Source: Patescibacteria group bacterium
Lineage (GTDB): Bacteria; Patescibacteriota; JABMPQ01; JAQVVF01
Length of the DNA: 64,000 nucleotides
Direction: 5' to 3'
NCBI GenBank assembly: GCA_041662665.1
Contig: JBAZSC010000001.1
Coordinates: 321,511-385,510 of the forward strand
Of this stretch, positions 8,711 through 18,817 are shown one piece after another (position 1 is the first letter of the stretch; the number at the start of each line of letters is the position of its first letter). The notes below the pieces were generated by a model. The model had not been told where the DNA came from and made no database searches. It was given only the letters and a program-made list of their open reading frames with translations. The position numbers and the translations under genes were made by a program.

Positions 8711-11605
8711 TTATTTTAAAACATTTGTAAATTCATCGCTCTTTAAGAAATCCTCTTTAATTTGTGGGATTGTCTTATTGCTTTCTGCCCAATAATCAAC
8801 TCCAGCAACATCAGCAGGCCTTGAATACAATGTTTCATATAGTTCAGCAATTGCTGCTTTTCTGCCATTATCTTTTTCAATTGTTTCTAGTCTATTATTG
8901 TATTCAAAACTATTTGCCAAATCTTCGCGCATTCTTTTTTGAGAATCCTTGAAAGTATCAACTAAATAATTTACACCGCCTTGATCACCACCACGTTTCA
9001 AAACAACATTGTAAGAAAATTCTGCATTCGCTTCATTTTTTGCTGCAAATAATTCTTGCAATTCATTTCTTGATTCAGTGCTTGCGCTAATTGCAAATTT
9101 TACGCCTTCTCTGGAAATTCTATCTCTGGATCTTATTTTTGTCATTTGTCGATACCAATAATTTACTCCATCATCATCTGCGAATTTATACAAATTATCG
9201 TCATAAATTCTATCTAAACTTTTTTTATATAGCCAAGTTACTAATTTTTTAGTTACTTTTTTCTTATTTAAATAATTATTAAATTCTTTGTATTTTCGAT
9301 CATTTAACATCATAAATCTAATGCCAGGCAAGGTGATATTAGTATCGTACCAGAAATTTACGCCGCCATCTTGGACTTTTGCAAAATCATATTCTTTATT
9401 TAAATCATATTTTCTATCAAAGATCCAATTGTAATAATAGAGGATTGTTCTTTTTCTATTTAAAGTTAAAAATGTACCAAGAGTTGTTTTCTTTTCGCTA
9501 TCCAAGAAAATTCCTTTATCTCCAATAGAAAAGCGATAATAATATTTCATTCTGCCATCATTAAAGCCATCTTGATTAAATCCATCTTTTTCACCGCCTT
9601 GTAAATCTCTTAATACCGCATAATATTTATTTGCTTTACTATCAAAATATACCTTTGCATTTTTATCAAGATTATTCTTGTCAGTTCCATAATTAAATTT
9701 AAGATTATTGCTATCAAGAGCATTATCTAGTTTATTATTTGCATCAGTATCATTGCCAGAAATCTCTGCAATAACTCGATTTGCGCCTCTATAGATGTAT
9801 GTTGTTGTACCGGAAATATCACCATTTGGATTTGGATCATTTGGATCAGGTAATGGAGGATTAGGATCACCAGGTCCGTCAGGTCCATCAGGATCAACTT
9901 CGTCAGTTTTTGTAGCTGTGTAAGAAATATCTAAGTTATCAATATTTAAATATGTATTTGGAATAACCAAAATAGAAAATTCTTTTCTAGCCACTAATAC
10001 AGGAATTCCACCAGATATTATATAGGAAACTCTTATTTTTCCAAAACCAGATTTTTTTCCATTCATTGATACTCCAACTAACGGAAGGTTAGAAAGTTGT
10101 CCAACACGTTGAGAAGCGCTAACATTTTTGTTTTCTTTCGTATTATCAAAGACCTGAACAATATCCGGAGTCAAGCTTTCAATCGTTACATTTGCTTTTT
10201 CAAATCGTGAATCTATGTCATTAGGACCTAAATCTGGCCAAAAAGATTTTTCTAAAAAATAAAATTCTTTAGTTGCATCAGGGCTTGCGACTAAAATTCC
10301 TCCTGGTACTAAATCTTTTTCCAGCATTGGATTTTCGTCACTATTTTGATTTATATTAAAAACTTCAGAACCTGTCATTCCAATTTCAAAATTATCAGCA
10401 GCTCCGCCATTTTCAAAATTTTCATTTTCTTGAAGATTTTCAGCTTGTGCGAGAACTTGTGAATGAAGACCAGTTTCATCAGACTGAATAATTGCTGCCC
10501 ATTTTAGTTCATTACCATCAGAATTAGTGAAATCATAACGAAAACCTTTGCCTGGCATTTTATCTATCCAATTGTCAGATTCATTTGAGATATTATTCCA
10601 GTTTGTTCCGTCATTTGAAAAACTGGATGGAGTATACCAAGTCGCTCCATTATCATTAGAAGCTAATAAAATGATTGTTCCTTTTATATTTTTAGGGCTA
10701 TTTGGCAACAAGATACCGTCAATATCTGCTATTTTTAAATTAATTTCTGCAGATTTTATATTATAATTATCATTTAAATTAGTTGAAATATTCTTTGATA
10801 CAGTCAAGCCTTGGATAAATCTAGTATCCAAAATTTGATTTGTTGGATCAAAAATATCAAAACCAGAATTTTGCACTGGAAATTTATAATTATCTTTGTA
10901 TTCTCCGCAAGCGCTTAGTTGCAAAGTTGCTTCCGAATCAGGAGAAATCGGCAAAATACGCGGTTTTTTTGTTCCATAAAAATCATTATAGACAATTGCT
11001 GAAACAGGCGTCTGTGAATCAATCATTGCTAATGCATTTGGATTATTTTCGCCGTTGTCTCTTCTTGCTGTTAAATTAAGATCATATGGTAATGTTGTAT
11101 ATTGTCCTAAATGTGCATCATCAAAATTTAAAACTTGTTCTTGAAGTTGTACATTATTTTTAGTCAAAGGACTAGCTATGATAGTGGCCATTTGCGAAAG
11201 AGAAATATCATTTGTACAAGTGTCATTTGAACAAAAGGTACCGCAAAGTTGTTTTGTGTAGTTAACATTTCGATCTAAAGGAGCATTTTGCCTTTTTAGA
11301 TTTATCAAGACATTTGGTTTTAAAACATCTCTGCCACCTTCAACAACCATTTGTGCATCAGTTTTAGTTTGATCAATATTATTATTGTTCGCAAAGCTTT
11401 CCAAAAAACTGCATTTAAATGTTCCATCATCTTGAGTCTGGCATCCAGAGGGTGGAATAATTCCAGCGAAAAAAATCGCAGTTCCAATTGCTGTTATCAC
11501 AACCAGAGCAGTAACAATACCAACTACAACTCTTGATCGAGTAGAAACTCTAGTCTTTGTTTGGATGCTTTCTATTAGATTATTCGTATTGTTTTTGTTG
11601 TTCAT
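8711..11605 (-). CDS. large cell-surface protein with Pro/Asp-rich linker and C-terminal DUF4214-like repeats (paralog)
   Basis: 964 aa. N-terminal TM, PDGPDGPGDPNPPLPDPNDPNPNGD linker, and a C-terminal region nearly identical in architecture to 5542-8553 (ELYETLYSRPADVAGVDYWAES). Confidence 0.8.
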   Translation of the reverse strand: MNNKNNTNNLIESIQTKTRVSTRSRVVVGIVTALVVITAIGTAIFFAGIIPPSGCQTQDDGTFKCSFLESFANNNNIDQTKTDAQMVVEGGRDVLKPNVLINLKRQNAPLDRNVNYTKQLCGTFCSNDTCTNDISLSQMATIIASPLTKNNVQLQEQVLNFDDAHLGQYTTLPYDLNLTARRDNGENNPNALAMIDSQTPVSAIVYNDFYGTKKPRILPISPDSEATLQLSACGEYKDNYKFPVQNSGFDIFDPTNQILDTRFIQGLTVSKNISTNLNDNYNIKSAEINLKIADIDGILLPNSPKNIKGTIILLASNDNGATWYTPSSFSNDGTNWNNISNESDNWIDKMPGKGFRYDFTNSDGNELKWAAIIQSDETGLHSQVLAQAENLQENENFENGGAADNFEIGMTGSEVFNINQNSDENPMLEKDLVPGGILVASPDATKEFYFLEKSFWPDLGPNDIDSRFEKANVTIESLTPDIVQVFDNTKENKNVSASQRVGQLSNLPLVGVSMNGKKSGFGKIRVSYIISGGIPVLVARKEFSILVIPNTYLNIDNLDISYTATKTDEVDPDGPDGPGDPNPPLPDPNDPNPNGDISGTTTYIYRGANRVIAEISGNDTDANNKLDNALDSNNLKFNYGTDKNNLDKNAKVYFDSKANKYYAVLRDLQGGEKDGFNQDGFNDGRMKYYYRFSIGDKGIFLDSEKKTTLGTFLTLNRKRTILYYYNWIFDRKYDLNKEYDFAKVQDGGVNFWYDTNITLPGIRFMMLNDRKYKEFNNYLNKKKVTKKLVTWLYKKSLDRIYDDNLYKFADDDGVNYWYRQMTKIRSRDRISREGVKFAISASTESRNELQELFAAKNEANAEFSYNVVLKRGGDQGGVNYLVDTFKDSQKRMREDLANSFEYNNRLETIEKDNGRKAAIAELYETLYSRPADVAGVDYWAESNKTIPQIKEDFLKSDEFTNVLK

Positions 11606-11721
11606 TTAATTATTTTAAAAATATAATGCTTATACAAAATTAATAAATCCAAACTAAACTAAAAGTTTGTACTAAAAAATTATTTGAGAACAAAATTTAA
11701 ATTTTTTATAAACTTTATAAA

Positions 11722-12021
11722 CTAGGAATTTTCGATAGGTTTGCTAATTTCTTTTACAACTCTTCTAGCTCTTTTTTTAAATTCATTTACTCCAGTTTTT
11801 GTTTGCTCTGAAATTTCTTGCGCTTTTTTCATGCCTGCTTCTTTTAATTCATCAGCTTTTTCCATTCCAGCTTCTTTCCATTCATTAGCTTTTTTCTTAA
11901 TATCTTCTCTAGTTTCTTTTCCTGATTTTGGCGCATATAAAATTCCTAAGGCAGCTCCAATTAAAGCGCCTAAAACGATTCCTCCGATTAAACTGCCACC
12001 GTTGCAATTGTTGCATGACAT
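11722..12021 (-). CDS. YtxH-like small membrane-associated protein
   Basis: N-terminal GxxxGxxxGxLYAPKSGKETR motif followed by a K/E-rich coiled coil. Confidence 0.6.
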   Translation of the reverse strand: MSCNNCNGGSLIGGIVLGALIGAALGILYAPKSGKETREDIKKKANEWKEAGMEKADELKEAGMKKAQEISEQTKTGVNEFKKRARRVVKEISKPIENS

Positions 12022-12143
12022 AATGTTTGTTTTAATTTTTAAATTCTAATTAATAATTTCTATCTAATTTCTAATTAATTAATTTTCAATTCAATTTAAT
12101 GTTTGTTAAAAAATTAGAAATTGAAAATTAGAAATTTAGTAAT

Positions 12144-12449
12144 TTATTCTTGTTTAAAAGCTCCTACGATATTTCTAACTTTTTTAAAAACTTGCGAAAC
12201 AGATGCAATTGGTTTTAATAAATTGTTATTGATATCTTGGATCGTTGTTGTTAAACCATTAACTGTAGTTGTCAAATCGCGAACCATTGGATCAATTTCG
12301 TTTAATTTTCTGTTGACATCTTCAACAGTTTTTTTTGATTCTTGGACAATCTTTGTAAGATTGAATACAAGATGACACAAGAATCCTGTAAATGCCAAAA
12401 TTGCTATGCTCGACGCAATAAGCAAAATGTCGTTGCTTGTTTCTAACAT
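12144..12449 (-). CDS. DUF948-like membrane-anchored coiled-coil protein
   Basis: N-terminal TM helix plus coiled coil; commonly paired with YtxH-like proteins. Confidence 0.5.
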   Translation of the reverse strand: MLETSNDILLIASSIAILAFTGFLCHLVFNLTKIVQESKKTVEDVNRKLNEIDPMVRDLTTTVNGLTTTIQDINNNLLKPIASVSQVFKKVRNIVGAFKQE

Positions 12450-12620
12450 GTGTTTAATTGTTAATTTGTTTTAATAAAACATTTATTACATATATAATAA
12501 CATGATTAAATATAGTCAACAACTGTTGATAACCCGAGATTGTTTTATTGTTTTTTTGTTTTATTGTTTTTTATGTAAAATTATGTTATTTTAAAATCAA
12601 AATAAATATAAACAAAAATT

Positions 12621-13466
12621 ATGGCCAAACAAATTCCACATGAAGAATATATAGAATATGAACAAAAGCAAGTTTCAAAAGATTTTGATCGAAAAAGAAT
12701 GATTTTGAAATATGAAAAAACTGTTATGATAGCAATAATTGTTGTAGTTGTTTTAATTGTTTCGGCAACAATTGGTTTTCTAGTCTATCGCCAAAACAAA
12801 CCAATCGAAAATCAGGCAATCAATCAAACTGTTGAAGCTCCTCCAGCAGGTTTTGCAATCACTACCAAACAAGTTGACATTATAAAAGAAAGTGAAAATA
12901 AATATGATGCTTTTCTTAGAGTTGTTGATTCTGACCAGAATTGGGGAGTGTCAAAATTAGATTATAAAATTTCGTTGAAAGGAGCTGACAAAAGTGTTGT
13001 TGGCGAAAGAACAGGAGTAACCTACATTTTGCCAAATCAAGAAAAATCAATTATTGAACTTGGAATTGATACTACAGCAGCAGCAGCCTCAGTTACAACT
13101 GATTTACAAATTAAAGAAGTTCAAAAATTAACTGAATCGCCAGCATTAAATTTTACAACCGAAAATTTAGCTTATCAGGTCGCGGATAACAAAAGCAAAG
13201 TTACTGGCACAATTGTCAATCAAACACTTTTTGGTTTTCCTGAAATTATGATTAATGTCTTAGTTTATGAAGAAAATAAATTAGTTGGCTATAATTATAC
13301 AACTGTCAATGATTTGACTCCAAATCAAAAAAGAGATTTTACAGTTTTCTGGCGCAAAGATCTCAATGTTAAAAATCCCAAAATAGTAGTTGAACCATAC
13401 GTTAATCCATTTAATTCTCAGCCATTCTTAGATATTTACAGTCAAGGACAGATGCTGGAATATTAA
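12621..13466 (+). CDS. hypothetical membrane-anchored protein
   Basis: 281 aa with a single N-terminal TM; no known domain. Confidence 0.5.
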   Translation: MAKQIPHEEYIEYEQKQVSKDFDRKRMILKYEKTVMIAIIVVVVLIVSATIGFLVYRQNKPIENQAINQTVEAPPAGFAITTKQVDIIKESENKYDAFLRVVDSDQNWGVSKLDYKISLKGADKSVVGERTGVTYILPNQEKSIIELGIDTTAAAASVTTDLQIKEVQKLTESPALNFTTENLAYQVADNKSKVTGTIVNQTLFGFPEIMINVLVYEENKLVGYNYTTVNDLTPNQKRDFTVFWRKDLNVKNPKIVVEPYVNPFNSQPFLDIYSQGQMLEY

Positions 13467-13545
13467 CCATTAACAATTAACCTTTAACCTTTAACTTTTA
13501 ACAGCTGGTGTTAACTGTTGATTGTTAATTGTTAACTGTTGAATC

Positions 13546-14646
13546 GTGCTCAAGTTTCTCCAAATTTTTAAAAAACTTGATTGGTTTTTATTTTCGTCAA
13601 TGATTTTATTGGCGATTTTAGGTTTAGCAGCAATTATTAGCACTACTTATCAGCAAGGATTGCAGGATTTTGTTATTAAGCAAATTATTGCAGTGATCTT
13701 AGGCCTAGTCTTATTTTTTATATTAATAATATTAGATTATCGAATTTTTCAAAGCTATGCATATATTCTTTATGCCTTTTTCACAATTTCATTAGTTTTA
13801 GTACTTTTTTTCGGTACAATTTTTCAAGGTACAAAAGGCTGGTTTAATCTCGGATTCTTTCAGTTTCAGCCAGCAGAGTTTATAAAAATTGCCTTGATTA
13901 TTATTTTAGCTCGATATTTTGTCTATGCAAAAAAACAAAGTATTTTGAAACATGTAATTGTTTCCGGAATTATCATGGCTATTCCTTCCTTCTTAATTAT
14001 GTTGCAACCTGATATGGGTTCAGCATTAGTTCTGGTTGTTATTTGGTTTGGCATGTTGTTGATTTCTGGGTTAAAACGTTCTTATGTTATGACAATTGCC
14101 ATTATTGGTCTTGCACTCGCATCTATTGTCTGGAATTTCTTTTTATATGATTATCAAAAAAATAGAATTACTAGTTTTATTAATCCTGAAAATGATCCAT
14201 TAGGTCAAGGTTATAACATGATTCAAGCCAAAATTGCCATTGGTTCAGGTGAATTGTCTGGTCAAGGTTTAGGCCATGGCAGTCAAAGTCAATTAAAATT
14301 TTTGCCAGCCCAGCATACCGATTTTATTTATGCTGTAATTTGCGAAGAACTTGGTTTTATTGGCAGCGCATTTTTATTAGTTTTATTTTTCGTACTTATC
14401 TTTAGAATTCTAAGAACAGCTATGAAAGCGCGCGATGAATTTGGATTAATGGTTTGTTGTGGTATTGCAATTGGTTTCACTTTTCAGATTCTTGTTAATA
14501 TTGGAATGAATTTAAGTATAATGCCAATTGCTGGAGTTCCATTGCCATTAGTTAGCTATGGAGGTAGCGCCATGATTGCCAGCATGATTTCATTAGGAAT
14601 CGTTCAAAGCATCTTTGTAAGAATTAAAGGACTAGAATTCAAATAG
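13546..14646 (+). CDS. SEDS-family peptidoglycan glycosyltransferase (FtsW/RodA)
   Basis: Polytopic membrane protein with the SEDS signature KFLPAQHTDFIYAVICEELGFIGS. Confidence 0.85.
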   Translation: MLKFLQIFKKLDWFLFSSMILLAILGLAAIISTTYQQGLQDFVIKQIIAVILGLVLFFILIILDYRIFQSYAYILYAFFTISLVLVLFFGTIFQGTKGWFNLGFFQFQPAEFIKIALIIILARYFVYAKKQSILKHVIVSGIIMAIPSFLIMLQPDMGSALVLVVIWFGMLLISGLKRSYVMTIAIIGLALASIVWNFFLYDYQKNRITSFINPENDPLGQGYNMIQAKIAIGSGELSGQGLGHGSQSQLKFLPAQHTDFIYAVICEELGFIGSAFLLVLFFVLIFRILRTAMKARDEFGLMVCCGIAIGFTFQILVNIGMNLSIMPIAGVPLPLVSYGGSAMIASMISLGIVQSIFVRIKGLEFK

Positions 14647-14716
14647 TTGTCAAAATTGTTTTATTGTTTTATTATTAAATTGTTATGGGAACTTCTAGTT
14701 TAACCGATTTTTATTT

Positions 14717-15052
14717 ATGCTAAATAACTCTAAAAAAGAATCATCATTTTTAGATAAAGTCAAATGGTTATCCATTTGTCCATTTTGTAATACAAAATTC
14801 AGTATTGATCAAGCCAGAATTATTTCTGAAAAAAAGGATTCTTTCCTTTTACATGCTTATTGCCAAAAGTGCAAATGTTCAGTTTTAGCGAGTTTAATAG
14901 CTAATCCGATGGGTATTAGTTCTATTGGCCTAGTTACTGATTTAACATATGAAGATGTCTTAAGATTCAAAAAGGCAAGTGAAATAAATTCTGATGACAT
15001 TATTTGTGCATATCAAGATCTATCAAAAACAAAATATAAATTTAAAAATTAG
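14717..15052 (+). CDS. hypothetical zinc-ribbon protein
   Basis: CPFC...CQKCKC cysteine pairs. Confidence 0.45.
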   Translation: MLNNSKKESSFLDKVKWLSICPFCNTKFSIDQARIISEKKDSFLLHAYCQKCKCSVLASLIANPMGISSIGLVTDLTYEDVLRFKKASEINSDDIICAYQDLSKTKYKFKN

Positions 15053-15200
15053 TATTGCCAAAAAAAATAAAGATGCTATACTTATTCATGATTGATTTTG
15101 CGAAAAATAGTCTTTTTATTTTTATTAAATTTATAATTGTTAGCGGTTCTTAAGTTAAACTAATTCTGTTAACTGTTAACTGTTAACTGTTTACTAATCT

Positions 15201-15902
15201 ATGTCAGAACCAAAATTAGAAGCAAAGACCAGAGACCTAAAAAAATCTTTGAATGAATCTAGAAAAAACAAGATGATTCCAGCTGTTTTGTATGGAAAAA
15301 ATTTCAAACCATTACACATTGAGCTAAAATACAATAATTTCGTTAAGATTTATAAAGAAGAAGGCGAGAGTACAATTATTGCTTTGGATATTGATGGCAA
15401 AAAAGAAAACGCTCTTATTAAGGATGTTCAATTTGATCCGATCAAAGATACTGTTATTCATATTGACTTTTTAAGAGTTGACATGAATCAAAAAATCACT
15501 GCAAATGTTGAATTAAAATTTATCGGTCTATCAAAAGCTGTTAAAGATTTAGAAGGTATTTTAGTCAAAAATATCAATGAAATTGAAGTTGAATGTTTGC
15601 CAGCTAATTTGCCAAAAGAAATAATCGTTGATATTTCATCTCTTAACACATTTGAAGACGTTATTAAAATAAAAGATCTTCCTCTTCCTCAAGATGTTCA
15701 TACAGCATTAGATCAAGAAGAAGTTGTCGCAACAGTAACTCCTCCTCGTTCAGAAGCAGAGCTTGAATCTTTAAAAGAAGATGTTGAAGAAGATGTTGAA
15801 AAAGTAGAAGGTGTTAAAAAGGAAGAGCCAGAAGCAAAAGAAGAAGCTACAGAAACAGAAAGCAAAGCTGTTCCAGAAAAAAAAGAAGCTAAAAAAGAAT
15901 AA
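15201..15902 (+). CDS. rplY: 50S ribosomal protein L25 / general stress protein Ctc
   Basis: N-terminal L25 fold (IPAVLYGK...HIDFLRV) and an acidic C-terminal tail typical of the Ctc form. Confidence 0.85.
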   Translation: MSEPKLEAKTRDLKKSLNESRKNKMIPAVLYGKNFKPLHIELKYNNFVKIYKEEGESTIIALDIDGKKENALIKDVQFDPIKDTVIHIDFLRVDMNQKITANVELKFIGLSKAVKDLEGILVKNINEIEVECLPANLPKEIIVDISSLNTFEDVIKIKDLPLPQDVHTALDQEEVVATVTPPRSEAELESLKEDVEEDVEKVEGVKKEEPEAKEEATETESKAVPEKKEAKKE

Positions 15903-15952
15903 TTAAAAAGGCAAAAGCCAGATCATGGTTTTTGCCTTTATTTTTATAAAAG

Positions 15953-16213
15953 ATGCCTCAAAAACAAATAATCACACCGAAAGAATTTTCTGCTATTCGG
16001 CTTTCATTACAGTTTGGCTATACGATTATAATTCCTTTAATAATTTTTTTACTGATTGGCATTTTTCTTGATAATCGGTTCAAGACATCACCATTATTCA
16101 TTTTTATTGGTGTTATTCTCTCGATAGTTATCTCGACAATCGGTATCTATAAAGCAATTTTACCTTTTTTGGAAATATCTAAAAAAGATAATAATCCTAA
16201 AGATAAAAAATAA
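15953..16213 (+). CDS. ATP synthase protein I-like small membrane protein (AtpZ/AtpI)
   Basis: 86-aa two-TM protein immediately upstream of atpB. Confidence 0.55.
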   Translation: MPQKQIITPKEFSAIRLSLQFGYTIIIPLIIFLLIGIFLDNRFKTSPLFIFIGVILSIVISTIGIYKAILPFLEISKKDNNPKDKK

Positions 16214-16247
16214 ATAGGGAACAAGAAATTTTGTTCCAGATAAATAT

Positions 16248-17165
16248 ATGAAGATATCTTTAGTCGCAGAAGAATTATTTCATATCGGAGGTTTTCCTAT
16301 TACTAATACTCTAATTGTTTCTTGGATTGTAATGGCTGTTTTGGTTATTGTTTCAATTTTAGCGACTAGAAACATGAAGCTTGTTCCAACTGGTTTACAA
16401 AATTTGATGGAAACAGTTATCGAAATGCTTTTCAAGCTTTTTAATACAATCACTCAAAGCGAAAAATTGACTCGCAAGTTTTTTCCACTTGTTGCAACTA
16501 TCTTTTTATTTGTAATAATGTCTAATTGGACTGAAGCTTTACCAGGATTAGATAGTATTGGTTTAAAACCACAGCACGAGGTTACAGCTGAAAAAACAGT
16601 TAGCTCTGGCTTGCCAAGTTTAATTGCTATTGTCAAAGCCAGTAAAAATGAAGGACCAGAATCAATCAATGCATACGAGAATGCTGAAAAAGCTGATACT
16701 TTAAATATTGAATCAAAGCCAGGAGAGGAAGATGCCGAAGGTGCAACAGAATCAAAAGCAGAAGAGCACATTATTCCTTTTCTTCGTTCTCCAAGTTCTG
16801 ATTTAAACTTCACTTTAGCGTTAGCTATAATTGCTGTTGTTAGTATTCAAGTTTTTGGAGTTGTCTTGGTTGGCTTTAGAAATTATTCAAAAAAATTCTT
16901 TAATTTTTCTGGCCCAATTCAGTTTGCTGTTGGATTGCTTGAGCTTGTCTCAGAATTTTCAAAATTACTTTCATTCTCTCTTCGTCTCTTTGGCAATATT
17001 TTTGCTGGTGAAGTCTTATTGATTGTTATTTCATTTTTAGTTCCGTATTTAGTTCCAATTCCTTTTATGGGAATGGAATTATTTGTTGGCTTCATTCAAG
17101 CTTTGATTTTTTCAATGTTGACCTTAGTTTTTCTTACAATGGCTGCAACAGCTGAAGAACATTGA
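16248..17165 (+). CDS. atpB: F0F1 ATP synthase subunit a, with ~60-aa acidic insertion
   Basis: C-terminal signature LRLFGNIFAGEVLL. An acidic segment (ESINAYENAEKADTLNIESKPGEEDAEGATESKAEEH) is inserted in a periplasmic loop. Confidence 0.9.
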   Translation: MKISLVAEELFHIGGFPITNTLIVSWIVMAVLVIVSILATRNMKLVPTGLQNLMETVIEMLFKLFNTITQSEKLTRKFFPLVATIFLFVIMSNWTEALPGLDSIGLKPQHEVTAEKTVSSGLPSLIAIVKASKNEGPESINAYENAEKADTLNIESKPGEEDAEGATESKAEEHIIPFLRSPSSDLNFTLALAIIAVVSIQVFGVVLVGFRNYSKKFFNFSGPIQFAVGLLELVSEFSKLLSFSLRLFGNIFAGEVLLIVISFLVPYLVPIPFMGMELFVGFIQALIFSMLTLVFLTMAATAEEH

Positions 17166-17316
17166 TTCCAAGTAATTAGCAATCAGTAATTAGTAACTAG
17201 CAACCATTAAAAGTTTTTTGTTACTAATTACGGTTTACCAATTATTAATTCCTAGCAGTCAATTGCCGACTCAAAACAAAAACTTTTAGTCGTAAGCATG
17301 GCTGTTAGACAATAAC

Positions 17317-17544
17317 ATGGATTTAGCAGTAGCAAAGGTCGTGTTCGCTGGCATTACAATTGCCATCGGCGCAGTAGGCCCAGCATTGGGTATCGGATTA
17401 TTGGCTGGAAAAGGTTTGCAAGCGATTGGTCGCAATCCTGAAGCAGCTCCAAAAATTCAAACAGCTATGATTCTAGCTATGGCTTTCACTGAAGCCATCG
17501 CTATTTATGCATTAGTTGTTGCATTGATTATCAAATTCGTTTAG
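17317..17544 (+). CDS. atpE: F0F1 ATP synthase subunit c
   Basis: 75-aa hairpin proteolipid with GRNPEAAPKIQTAMILAMAFTEAIAIYALVVAL. Confidence 0.9.
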   Translation: MDLAVAKVVFAGITIAIGAVGPALGIGLLAGKGLQAIGRNPEAAPKIQTAMILAMAFTEAIAIYALVVALIIKFV

Positions 17545-17654
17545 TAAGTTTTACAGATCAGCACAAGTAACAAGATTAGTTACTTGTGCAAATTTGTAAG
17601 AATTGCGTTGAATATTTTTAATTTTTCATTTTTACTTTTTAATTTTTTAAAAAT

Positions 17655-18167
17655 ATGGAAGTCTTTACTCAACTAGGTATCAAGCCATTACTATTAGTAG
17701 CACAAATCATTAATTTTTTAATATTAATGTTTTTATTAAAAAGATTTTTATACAAACCTATTTTAAAAATGCTTGATGACAGAAAAAAGAAAGTTGAAGA
17801 AAGCATGCAACAAGCAAAAGATATTGAACAACAATTGCAGAATGCTGAAAAAATGAAATTAGAAAAGCAGGAAGAGGCAAAAAAGCAAGCTTCCAAAATT
17901 CTTGATCAAGCCAAAAAAGATGCGGAAATGGTCAGAAAAGATATTTTGACAAAATCAGATGATGATGCAAAAAGAGTTATAAAAAAAGCAACTGATGAGA
18001 TGAAAGGCGAAAAAGAAAAAATGTTAAGTGATGTAAAAAAACAAGCTGCTGATCTTACAATGCTTGCTACTCAGACAGTTCTAAAGAAGGGCTTAGATGA
18101 ACAAAGGCAACGTGAATTAATCGGTGAAGCAATCCAAGAAATTGACAATTTTAAAATTAAGTCTTAA
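17655..18167 (+). CDS. atpF: F0F1 ATP synthase subunit b
   Basis: N-terminal TM plus long charged coiled coil, in operon position. Confidence 0.85.
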   Translation: MEVFTQLGIKPLLLVAQIINFLILMFLLKRFLYKPILKMLDDRKKKVEESMQQAKDIEQQLQNAEKMKLEKQEEAKKQASKILDQAKKDAEMVRKDILTKSDDDAKRVIKKATDEMKGEKEKMLSDVKKQAADLTMLATQTVLKKGLDEQRQRELIGEAIQEIDNFKIKS

Positions 18168-18178
18168 AGAAAAAATTT

Positions 18179-18718
18179 GTGCAAAAAGGTTTATTAGAAA
18201 TTAAACAATATGTCGAAGCATTTTACAGTCTTGCCAAGCAAGAAAATATTTTGGATAAGATAAATTTAGAATTACAACTTTTTATTGCCAAAGTATCCGA
18301 AGATTTGAAATTAAAAAAATATCTTTCTAATCCAATTGAAAATATTGCTGATAAAAAAGCAACTATTAAAGATTTATTCCAGGATCAATTATCAACTTAT
18401 ACCCATAATTTTATTTACATTTTTTTGAAAAAGAATGAATTAGAAGTTTTAGAATCAGCTCAATTATATTTAGAGAAATTGATTAAGGAAAGACAGAATG
18501 TTATTGACGCCAAAATTGTTTCTGCAATTCCTTTGACAAAAGAAGAAGAAACCCAGATCAAAGAAAAATTAGCTTCTCAAACTAACAAAAAAATTAATTT
18601 AAATATTACTGTCGATCCAAATATTTTAGGCGGCTTAGTTATCCAAACTAAAGACCAAATGATCGATGCCAGTCTTTTAGGCAAAATCAACAATTTAAGA
18701 CATTCAATAGTTGACTAG
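18179..18718 (+). CDS. atpH: F0F1 ATP synthase subunit delta (GTG start)
   Basis: OSCP-like 179 aa in operon position; C-terminal LGG..I....D.SL.G.I..L motif. Confidence 0.8.
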   Translation: MQKGLLEIKQYVEAFYSLAKQENILDKINLELQLFIAKVSEDLKLKKYLSNPIENIADKKATIKDLFQDQLSTYTHNFIYIFLKKNELEVLESAQLYLEKLIKERQNVIDAKIVSAIPLTKEEETQIKEKLASQTNKKINLNITVDPNILGGLVIQTKDQMIDASLLGKINNLRHSIVD

Positions 18719-18817
18719 GGCTTAGTTTCTTAGGTACTTAGGTTTCATTTCCCTAGGTTCCTAAGTACCCAAGCCCTAAGTATCTAAAATAAGTAACTAA
18801 TCTAACACTTTAAATTT

